From Thermoproteota archaeon (GTDB lineage Archaea > Korarchaeota > Korarchaeia > B14-G2): a stretch of 12,846 nucleotides of DNA. The notes under the pieces are model-generated. The model was not told the origin of the DNA. It made no database searches and saw nothing but the letters and a program-made list of their open reading frames with translations. Shown here piece by piece: positions 1-6,916 of the stretch. The translations under genes were made by a program, and so were the position numbers. The first letter of the stretch is position 1, and each line of letters opens with the position of its first letter. Location of the stretch: positions 1-12,846 of the forward strand of contig JAVCBW010000059.1 in assembly GCA_037917675.1 (NCBI GenBank), written 5' to 3'.

Positions 1-2
1 AT

Positions 3-305
3 GAGGAGAGTGTTGTCTATGGTTTTCTAAGGGATTCCTCTGGTAAGCTGCTAGATATAGGTGCAGGCTATGGGAGGATGTTGCCAGTCTATAGGAAGCT
101 TAAGCTTGATGTAGTGGCTGTTGAGAAGAGTGTTGGTGCTGAGAGCATTCTTCTGGAGAAGGGTGTGAGCTTAGTTGAGGGTGAAGCTAGCTGTCTGCCT
201 TTTCCAGATGGGAGCTTCGACGTAGCTGTTTTACTATTTGTAGTCCATGAAGTCCCACTCTGTGAGTTTATCGGTGTCTTCATCGAGGCCATAGGCTGTC
301 AGTAA
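3..305 (+). pseudogene. Class I SAM-dependent methyltransferase, 5'-partial at the window edge and apparently C-terminally truncated
   Basis: The frame of ORF 78..305 is open back to base 3: EESVVYGFLRDSSGKLLDIGAGYGRML. It contains motif I (LDIGAGYG), VVAVEKS, and LPFPDGSFDVAV...VHEV. It stops before the usual 'E..RVLKPGG' and final strands. Confidence 0.7.
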
Positions 306-385
306 GCTTACAGTAGTTTCATTGATCCTGGTTTGAATGTTAGAGGCGAATAGCTATGTTTTTATATGCTTTTGCCAGTGTTTGT

Positions 386-862
386 ATGGTGTCTTTATTG
401 GGTTATTCTCATGTTGCCTGGGGGGTTTTAGCAGGTGTTTCAGCAGGCCTCCTGTACTATGGGCTTTCTGGTGGTGCAGTTAGTGCAACAGCTATGGTGG
501 CAGCTGTTGCAACGATGGCGACAGCAACTTTAACCAAGCTGATTGAGAGGTCTTGGGAGGGTGGAAAGGCTAGGGCGGAGGAGATTAAGGCTAGGGCGGA
601 GGAGATTAAGGCTAAGGCAGAGGAGGTTAAGGCTAGGGCGGAAGAAGTTAAGGCTAGAGCGGAAGAAGTTAAGGCTAGAGCGGAGGAGATTAAGGCTAGA
701 GCGGAAGAAGTTAAGGCTAAGGCAGAGGAGGTTAAGGCTAGGGCTGCTGTATTTGAGGCTAGGAGCAGGTTCCTGATAGCTCTATTGGGTTATTTACCTG
801 AGGAAGATAGGAGGGAGATAGCTAAGTCTGCTGTCAGGGGGCTGCTGGAGACTTTGGAGTAG
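386..862 (+). CDS. Membrane-anchored coiled-coil protein with heptad repeats (hypothetical)
   Basis: Two hydrophobic Gly/Ala-rich N-terminal segments are followed by 8 x KA(R/K)AEE(I/V). The start is moved from 356 to the in-frame ATG 386 because a TTTATAT box lies at 361-367. Confidence 0.7.
   Translation: MVSLLGYSHVAWGVLAGVSAGLLYYGLSGGAVSATAMVAAVATMATATLTKLIERSWEGGKARAEEIKARAEEIKAKAEEVKARAEEVKARAEEVKARAEEIKARAEEVKAKAEEVKARAAVFEARSRFLIALLGYLPEEDRREIAKSAVRGLLETLE
566..745 (+). repeat. Coding tandem repeat, 8 full 21-bp units plus a partial ninth
   Basis: Units of AAGGCTA(G/A)(G/A)GC(G/A)GA(G/A)GA(G/A)(A/G)TT start at 566, 587, 608, 629, 650, 671, 692 and 713, with a partial unit at 734. Confidence 0.95.
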
Positions 863-1078
863 CAGGTGCTTGCTCAGGTTGCTGTCTGCTCGAGTCCATT
901 AGCTTTGATCAGAGGCTGGGGACTTTAGCTGCTTATATTCTGGCATTATTTCATCCGTTATGCTCGATGTCCTCTTGGCGGTGCTTTTAGCGAGCTTTTT
1001 GAGAGAGGCTTCAACTTAGAGCTGGTGCTGCATGCTTTATCAGAGCTTTAGTTTGGATTATGGCAGCTTGACCGCAAG

Positions 1079-1090
1079 CTTTTTATTTTT
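1079..1090 (+). promoter_or_regulatory. Putative archaeal TATA box for the MFS gene
   Basis: CTTTTTATTTTT lies about 25 nt upstream of the in-frame ATG at 1111, consistent with a leaderless transcript. Confidence 0.45.
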
Positions 1091-1101
1091 TTGGGTTTTG
1101 G

Positions 1102-2397
1102 ATGCCATGTATGAGGTTGGCTGAGGTTATTGAGGGGGTTCCTCTTTCTAGGATTCACTATATGCTTCTAGCTGTTTCCTCTCTTTCCTACATGTTTGCT
1201 GCTATGAACTGTGTTCTCATCGCTCCTGCTCTTGACTTGGTTGCTAGGGAGTTTGCTTTAGATGCTCGTCTCATTGGGATAGTGGTGGGTGTGACGTATG
1301 GTGGTATGCTGATTGGAGCTGTTACATTTGGGGCTTTATCTGATGTTTTGGGGAGGAGGCTCGCGATCATAGTGGCTACTGTCATACATGCTGTATTTAC
1401 AGCTTTGTTTGCATTTGTATGGAGCTTCAGCTCAATTTTAGCTCTACGCTTTCTTGCAGGCTATGGTTTAGGCGGCCTCTTACCGCTTCCAGGAGTCTAT
1501 GTGTCAGAGTTTGTCCCAGCGAGGTATAGGGGGCGCTTCCTAGGTATAGTTGAGACAAGCTGGGTTTTCGGTGCGCTGCTTGCAGCTGGCTTCGGGCTAG
1601 CTATAATTCCTAGTTTTGGCTGGCGTACACTGTTCTATACAGGCCTGCTGCCGCTCGCTACCCTCCCTCTTCTAGCTGCAATCCCAGAGTCTATTCGATA
1701 TTTGGAGAAGAGGGGTAGGTTGGAGGAGGCTGCTAGAGTTCTTAAGCGCTTTGGTGTAAGTGCTAGCTTTGCGAGGCATGAGGAAGCTGAGAAGGTTAGC
1801 TTAGGAGAGCTGCTTTCTAAGAGCTATAGGGCTAGGTCTGTATTGCTATGGACGCTGTGGTTTGTTCTCGTCTACACTTATCATGGCATTTTCATCTGGC
1901 TGAAAGCGTTTTTCGCTGAGACAGGCTTTATACCAAACCCCCTATTCTTCTACTTTGTAGTTACCTTCGCCCAGATCCCAGGCTACTTGTCAGCTACATT
2001 CTTGCTTGATAAGATTGGTAGGAAGCTTGTGTTAGAGCTCTATCTGTGTTTAGCTGGGTTAGGCTGCTTAATGTTCGCCTTGGCTCAGAGCTCAACTTCT
2101 GTGCTGCTTGCTAGCTGCTTCATAGGGTTTTTCAACTTGGGGAGCTGGGCTGGCCTCTACGCTTATACCCCAGAGCTCTACCCAACGAGGATAAGAGGTA
2201 CTGGCTCTGGTGTGGCTGCCTCGTTTGGCCGCGTAGGAGGGCTTCTACAAGGCCCGCTAACCGGGCTGGCTCTAGCGACGTTTGGCTTGACTGGGACATT
2301 TGGCAAATTCGCTATTCTACACTGGGTAGCAGCCTTGGCTACGCTATTGTTTGGGGTAGAAACGAAAGGTAAGACCTTGGAGGAAATATCTGAGTAG
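1102..2397 (+). CDS. MFS transporter, NiaP/YceI/SV2-like (aromatic acid, niacin or sugar-porter-related); start probably 1111
   Basis: About 12 hydrophobic segments. Motif A GALSDVLGRR, LRFLAGYGLGG, YVSEFVPARYRG, IPESIRY, LDKIGRK, YTPELYPTRIRGTG and C-terminal ETKGKTLEEI are all present. Confidence 0.92.
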   Translation: MPCMRLAEVIEGVPLSRIHYMLLAVSSLSYMFAAMNCVLIAPALDLVAREFALDARLIGIVVGVTYGGMLIGAVTFGALSDVLGRRLAIIVATVIHAVFTALFAFVWSFSSILALRFLAGYGLGGLLPLPGVYVSEFVPARYRGRFLGIVETSWVFGALLAAGFGLAIIPSFGWRTLFYTGLLPLATLPLLAAIPESIRYLEKRGRLEEAARVLKRFGVSASFARHEEAEKVSLGELLSKSYRARSVLLWTLWFVLVYTYHGIFIWLKAFFAETGFIPNPLFFYFVVTFAQIPGYLSATFLLDKIGRKLVLELYLCLAGLGCLMFALAQSSTSVLLASCFIGFFNLGSWAGLYAYTPELYPTRIRGTGSGVAASFGRVGGLLQGPLTGLALATFGLTGTFGKFAILHWVAALATLLFGVETKGKTLEEISE

Positions 2398-2398
2398 A

Positions 2399-2660
2399 GC
2401 CTCAGCTCTTTCAGCTAGCTTCTCCGCTAGGAGCTTGGCTACCATTTTTAACCTCTTTTAAGAGGAGAGAGCAGGCTTCCTCGTCTATTGCCTCCACAGT
2501 TTAAAGCAGAGTAAATGTCCTCAACTTCCTGTACGTGGTACTATCATGTCGTATGCCTCACATATGAGCGAGGTTGGTGCTTTGACTTTTGAGAAATGGT
2601 TTTAGTAGGTTTATGTTGTCTGGGTGGCATGGTGGTGCTATAGCAACTACAGGCTCATGT
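2399..2660 (-). pseudogene. Possible decayed alpha/beta-hydrolase C-terminal remnant
   Basis: Minus-strand frameshifted fragments read PVVAIAPPCH, then KVKAPTSLICEAYDMIVP (about 2589-2536). This resembles the hydrolase 'ikaPtLlihGe.D.ivp' motif. No intact nucleophile motif is visible. Confidence 0.3.
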
Positions 2661-2882
2661 GAGACATGTTTACAACATAGGATAGCTCTGGTGAACCCCT
2701 GAGGAACTGGGTGATATAAGAGTTGTAGCTATGATAAATGGGAGAAGAGATGTCTATATGATGTATGTGTTATGCTATTTAGCGTATTTGGTTGGCGAGT
2801 TTCAAATGTGGTGCTTTGTCTCTTGCTTAATCTGCGGCAACAGCTATTATTTATGCAGCTCTCACCTTTAGAAGTTTAGGTG

Positions 2883-3704
2883 CTATGCTTGATGCAGGCT
2901 GATTTCCCTTTGCTTGTTCATTTTTAATTTCTTATATCTAGATTTTGCTGCTGAGACTGCTTTTAGACATTTTACAGCTTCCGTTCTCAGGTCTAGCTTC
3001 ACGGTTTTGTGAAGAAATTTTATGAGGTATACTAGGCTTCTTGCACGTGCCTCTATCTCTTTCATTTCAGTCTTCATTTTCTCAAGGTCGTATTGTGGTT
3101 CGCAGCTTAGCTTGGAGGAAAGCCTCTTGGCTTTAAGTGTGACCTCCGAGCTTTCCTCGATCAGCCGCTGTCTAAGCCTTTTTACAACCTCTGCTTCAGT
3201 CCTATAGCTTTTTGCTACTAGCTTGGGGAAGCAGAGGGCTCTCCCTCCCATTAGCCTAACTAGTCTTGAGAGTTCAGTTGGGCTTACAACTTTCCCTTGA
3301 AACTCTAGGTACTTGGAATCTCTTACTTGTGGGAAGGCATATACGTTATTGCTGATCTTTATGCAGGGTGATTTTCTGAGAGCGCGGCTTACTGCCTTCC
3401 TAGCTTTTGCAGAGTTCTGGAGCCCCTTGTAGACTATGATGACTAGGCTACCAACGCTGGTTTCGCTAGGATCTTCAGCTATTTTCCACTGCTTTATGTC
3501 GCGGGACCTCTTGAAGAGGAAGTATTCTAAGCCCTCTACAGTGAGGAGTACCTGCTTTAAGCTAGACTTAGGTATGCTCCAAAAAGCTTTACTTATCATT
3601 GTACAGCCTAAGCTCTCCAGCTTCCTATGAAGGAGGGGGGGGATGTTGCTTGTAAAAGCTATGTAGTAGTGTTTTTTGAGGCTTGCTTCGCTGCTTGACT
3701 CCAT
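2883..3704 (-). CDS. Basic hypothetical protein with two tandem ferredoxin-like (Cas2/PaaX-central/ChrB-N-like) domains and a helical C-terminus
   Basis: Internal repeat: YYIAF..LHRKLESLGCTMISKAFWSIP versus VIIVY..ARKAVSRALRKSPCIKISNNVYAFP...LVRLMGGRAL. The pattern matches ChrB-N/PaaX 'hhhhY...R..hhR.L...G...h..svy.hP'. It starts 25 nt after the RtcB-like stop. Confidence 0.6.
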   Translation of the reverse strand: MESSSEASLKKHYYIAFTSNIPPLLHRKLESLGCTMISKAFWSIPKSSLKQVLLTVEGLEYFLFKRSRDIKQWKIAEDPSETSVGSLVIIVYKGLQNSAKARKAVSRALRKSPCIKISNNVYAFPQVRDSKYLEFQGKVVSPTELSRLVRLMGGRALCFPKLVAKSYRTEAEVVKRLRQRLIEESSEVTLKAKRLSSKLSCEPQYDLEKMKTEMKEIEARARSLVYLIKFLHKTVKLDLRTEAVKCLKAVSAAKSRYKKLKMNKQREISLHQA

Positions 3705-3729
3705 TGTAGAACCTGCTTTTTGTGGTAGG

Positions 3730-4938
3730 CTAGGCTTTTAAAACATATACTGGGATTAGGCGTGCTATTATCTTAGCCATCCCAAGCTCTATTGTCTTAA
3801 CAAGAACCTCTCTGCCTCTGTATGTAAATTCTAGGCCGTCTACATCAGAGACAATCTTCAACCCTATTCCATTGCTCATTTCTATGACAAAAAACCTGCT
3901 GGATCCAGTTTCTATCACGTCGATTACGCTAAGCATGTCTGGGAACGTATAGCCTCCGCCATGTGGTAGTATGTTTGCATTCTCGAGTCTATGGAGGACA
4001 CCTAGCCTCTCAGCTCTCTTAGCAAAGCCTAGGTTCTCGAGAGCATCAGCTGTGAAGTTCGGCTTTCCTGAAAGTAAGTATGCTGGTAGGTCTCCTCTCA
4101 GAGCTATTGGGTAGATCTCCCCGCTTTTCTGAGGGTTGATGTGGTGGCAGCCTAGGCAGGCTTCGTTGTAGTTTACTAAGCCTTGATGCGTCACATTCGC
4201 TAGCTCCTTGTAGCTCCCGAAGATTCCTCTTGCTATAAGGCTCCTCTTCCTTTTGGCAAAGCTTTCAGCATACCTGTAGTGTTCGTAGTATTCTTTCGCG
4301 TCATTTTCCGTTAGAACATATGAGGGGCCGAAGGGTGTCTCTACTCTATCAGCCATGTCTCTCAGAGACCTGCTGCTGTGCACGTAGAGACCTGGACCCT
4401 TCTCGTTCTCTTTCTTAAGCTCTGGAGCGGAGCTGTGGATTATAAAGGCATAGTTTGGAAGCTCCACATCAGCTGCTTTAACTACTCTATACACGTTTAT
4501 GAAGTGGTTACCCTTATCGAAATCCCATTGCAGCCTTATGTTGTCTAGTACTTTCTCATCCTCTTTTATGCTTGCTAAAGCATCAATAAGCTCAGATGGC
4601 TTAGGGAAGTCGTCTAAGCCTCCAACGAGGAGGCCGCAAGCATTTGGCATGACATCTAGTATAATGACCTTCTCCTCACCTTCTCCCCATGAAATCTTAC
4701 CTCCATATCCTACTCCAAAGTTCCACCTAACCCTGTTTCTCGTGATAGTTTCATCAGGCGTTGATATGAATGTAGCATTTGAGGGAATTCCATACTTCTC
4801 TTGAACATAGTGGAACTTTGCTAGCCCATAGCTCATGTTCCACCTACAAAGGCTGGAGGCAGCATCACCGACTCCTGTTGAGAATATGTGTAATTTAGCC
4901 TTATCGAGCGCCTGCTTCCGGCTCAATTTCCCTCCCAT
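3730..4938 (-). CDS. Divergent RtcB-superfamily (GTP/Mn-dependent 3'-phosphate RNA ligase-like) protein; start possibly TTG at 4926
   Basis: RtcB motifs occur in the right order: PD62, C101G, GN144H145F, IIH168S, Y..AESFAKRKR (for A..NR), TH251Q, YLLSG, PH326GGG, TYRG, and C-terminal ARLIPVYVLK401A (cf. ARLRP..V.KG). Confidence 0.8.
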   Translation of the reverse strand: MGGKLSRKQALDKAKLHIFSTGVGDAASSLCRWNMSYGLAKFHYVQEKYGIPSNATFISTPDETITRNRVRWNFGVGYGGKISWGEGEEKVIILDVMPNACGLLVGGLDDFPKPSELIDALASIKEDEKVLDNIRLQWDFDKGNHFINVYRVVKAADVELPNYAFIIHSSAPELKKENEKGPGLYVHSSRSLRDMADRVETPFGPSYVLTENDAKEYYEHYRYAESFAKRKRSLIARGIFGSYKELANVTHQGLVNYNEACLGCHHINPQKSGEIYPIALRGDLPAYLLSGKPNFTADALENLGFAKRAERLGVLHRLENANILPHGGGYTFPDMLSVIDVIETGSSRFFVIEMSNGIGLKIVSDVDGLEFTYRGREVLVKTIELGMAKIIARLIPVYVLKA

Positions 4939-4949
4939 GAAAGCTTGGC

Positions 4950-4960
4950 TAAAAAGAAAA
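4950..4960 (-). promoter_or_regulatory. T-tract acting as putative TATA box for the RtcB-like gene and/or oligo-U terminator of the upstream peptide
   Basis: Minus strand reads TTTTCTTTTTA. The TTTTTA part ends 23 nt before the in-frame TTG at 4926. Confidence 0.4.
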
Positions 4961-5018
4961 GTGAGGTCGGCTTCCTGATCACAGAAGTACTCCCCCTATC
5001 CCTTACTGGCGGTCAAAG

Positions 5019-5087
5019 CTACTTTTCCTTCTTTTTCCCTTTTCTCCTCTCCCTCTTCTTCTTTTCCTTTTTCTTCTCCTCAGCCAT
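5019..5087 (-). CDS. 22-aa Lys/Arg/Glu-rich small peptide MAEEKKKEKKKRERRKGKKKEK
   Basis: ATG at 5087 has GGAGAGGT (SD-like) about 6 nt upstream, a TTTTTATC box at 5144-5137, and TAG at 5021-5019. It is below the ORF-track size cutoff. Confidence 0.5.
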   Translation of the reverse strand: MAEEKKKEKKKRERRKGKKKEK

Positions 5088-5136
5088 GATATTACCTCTC
5101 CTCCTTCCTCAGGGAGGAGGATGGAGCTGAGACATT

Positions 5137-5144
5137 GATAAAAA
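5137..5144 (-). promoter_or_regulatory. Putative TATA box for the small peptide / RtcB-like unit
   Basis: TTTTTATC on the minus strand lies about 50 nt upstream of the SD-led ATG 5087. Confidence 0.4.
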
Positions 5145-5536
5145 GATTACTTAGCTTAGATTTTCGTCTACTCTGCTCTTATTGCGCACCAATATGGCTT
5201 TTTCAGGAGCTTTCTGTACTCTATTAAATTTTCCAGCCTATATGCTTGAATCGCCTTTCTTAGAGCGCTCCTATACTTCCTTCAAGAAGACATCTAGCCC
5301 TGCATGGTAGTCACAAACTTTCAAGACTCTAGTGATCCATATGCTCCCTGAGGATAGTCCAGATGAGCCTATGCCTCCTCTAGGTAGTCTAACGCTTTAG
5401 TTTGGAGCCAAGACATCCAAAGCTTTTTATTAAGCTTGGTGCTCCACTGGGCTCTGTGAAGAGGATTCCTCTGGTTCCTCTTGTTGACCTGCTTACTTGA
5501 AGCCGCATACAGCTAGAAATAGCAGATATACTTTCA

Positions 5537-5753
5537 CTACCCTGATTCTTCAAGCTCGCCACGCTCGACCTTTCTCATGTTTTCAAGGGCATACTCAAGT
5601 GTCTCTCTCACGGTTTCCACAGGTATCTTGAGTTCTCAGCTGCTCTTGGTAGCTCCATCAGCTGGTGGCTCCAGGATGCCATTTTACACTGACACACGCT
5701 CCCTTTGACAGCCTACCACATTTCTAGATGCTATCCCCTTTGATGTCTATCAC
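5537..5753 (-). pseudogene. DUF433-family antitoxin remnant
   Basis: Minus strand reads VIDIKG..*KCGRLSKGACVSV, then after a frameshift ILEPPADGATKSS*ELKIPVETVRETLEYALENMRK. This matches DUF433 'cgGkPvIkGtRipV..ILe.la.G.t.eei..el.l..e.vreAleYA' with two stops and one frameshift. Confidence 0.6.
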
Positions 5754-6242
5754 ATTCTGCTAGCTCATATGCTAGCAAGCATAATGTGTGTCTAGCTTCT
5801 GGGAAGTTTGAGGGAGGGCCATGGCTTACTCCATACCATAAACTGGATCACTTAGCTGAGCATAAAAAGAGGTGTGAGGTTCCAGTTCTTATAACAGGAG
5901 TAGGTAAGATATGTTGAAGGGATGCTGAGAGTAGAGGAGCCAGCAAGAGGCAAGTATGCTGGCGGTAAACTAGTGGATGCTTTGTCAAAGAAAGCAAGTA
6001 GGTGTGATATTCACGCATGAGCTAAAGGAAATGGTAGCAGGTTCTAAATGGTAAGAAGCAGAGAAATCACGTGCTGGATGGAATGCGCCTCATAGCTGGC
6101 GAGCTTCAAGCCAGCCTACTGGCATCAGGCTTCCTAATGAGCTGAGCTTAGGATGCTGTCTCAGTCATGTTTAGGTCTGCTATATGTCGGTGTGAGCTCA
6201 AAGCTTATTAGCTACCTAGCCTCTAGTCTGGTGGTGGAGCTA

Positions 6243-6914
6243 TTGGCGTTAACAGCAGAGCTTTATGAGCTTATAGTTAAGGTTGTAGAGGAGAAGATAA
6301 AGGATCTAAGAGTTCAGAGAGAGGAGTTTGAAAGCCTGACGAAAGCGATCAGTAAGCTAGCAGAGGCACAAGGGAAAACCGAGGAGAGAGTCGGGGAGCT
6401 TGCTGAGGCTCAGAAGAAGACTGAGGAGAGGGTCAGGGAGCTAGCTAAGAGGGTTGAGGAGCTTGCTGAGGCTCAGAAGAAGACTGAGGAGAGGGTCAGG
6501 GAGCTAGCTGAGGCTATTGATGCTCTTAGGGTTGAGGTTGGTAGGCTCTCTGAGGTGGTTGGCTTTGGGCTGGAGGATGTTGCTAGAGTTATGCTGCCAG
6601 GCTGGCTTTATAGGCATCTTGGTATTGAGGTGGAGCTTGAGAGGAGGTTTGTTGAAGTAGATGGTATGGGGGTAGAAGTTAACTTGTATGGTGAGGGGGT
6701 GAGAGAGGGTAGAAGAGTGATTGTGGTGGGGGAGTGTAAGTCTAGGATATATGGTGGGGATGTGGAGAGCTTTTATAGGAGGGTGTATAGGCCGATAGCT
6801 GAGAGGACTAAGGTGGAGGTTGTGGGGGTCTTGTTTGGCTACCTGATACATCCGACAGCACAGCAGGCAGCTAGGAAGCTGGGGCTATATACGGTGGCAT
6901 CGTACATGAGGTAG
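6243..6914 (+). CDS. Archaeal coiled-coil protein with C-terminal PD-(D/E)XK restriction-endonuclease-like domain (DUF3782-like family)
   Basis: Probable TTG start at 6243 (MALTAELYELIVKVVEEK) with GGTGG/GGAG SD and TTATTA at 6205-6210. It has LAEAQKKTEER repeats, VGFGLED, and EVNLYG...VVGECKSRI. Confidence 0.8.
   Translation: MALTAELYELIVKVVEEKIKDLRVQREEFESLTKAISKLAEAQGKTEERVGELAEAQKKTEERVRELAKRVEELAEAQKKTEERVRELAEAIDALRVEVGRLSEVVGFGLEDVARVMLPGWLYRHLGIEVELERRFVEVDGMGVEVNLYGEGVREGRRVIVVGECKSRIYGGDVESFYRRVYRPIAERTKVEVVGVLFGYLIHPTAQQAARKLGLYTVASYMR
6395..6509 (+). repeat. Perfect 52-bp direct repeat (6395-6446, 6458-6509), 63-bp period, in the coiled-coil region
   Basis: GGAGCTTGCTGAGGCTCAGAAGAAGACTGAGGAGAGGGTCAGGGAGCTAGCT occurs twice. 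A diverged third protein unit (KLAEAQGKTEERV) precedes it. Confidence 0.95.
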
Positions 6915-6916
6915 CC

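Noticed and set aside
566-745. Repeat array as CRISPR
   Set aside because: The units are contiguous with no spacers and vary mainly at synonymous or conservative codon positions.
543-776. 77-aa Arg/Leu-rich ORF
   Set aside because: It is an alternative-frame reading of the 21-bp repeat inside the coiled-coil gene.
2883-3704. Calling this a true cas2 or chrB gene
   Set aside because: There are no cas genes, CRISPR array or chrA nearby, and the Cas2 catalytic Asp is absent. Only fold-level resemblance is supportable.
3730-4938. Assigning the symbol rtcB (canonical tRNA-splicing ligase)
   Set aside because: Several near-invariant motifs (DIxCG, HN, HRKGA, PGSM) are altered, so orthology is unproven.
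4945-5130. Plus-strand 61-aa Phe-rich ORF
   Set aside because: It is the antisense shadow of the purine tract. The minus-strand peptide has the SD and promoter signals.
5880-5916. VLITGVGKI as a Walker A remnant (missing ATPase N-terminus)
   Set aside because: The motif is incomplete and there is no supporting flanking similarity.
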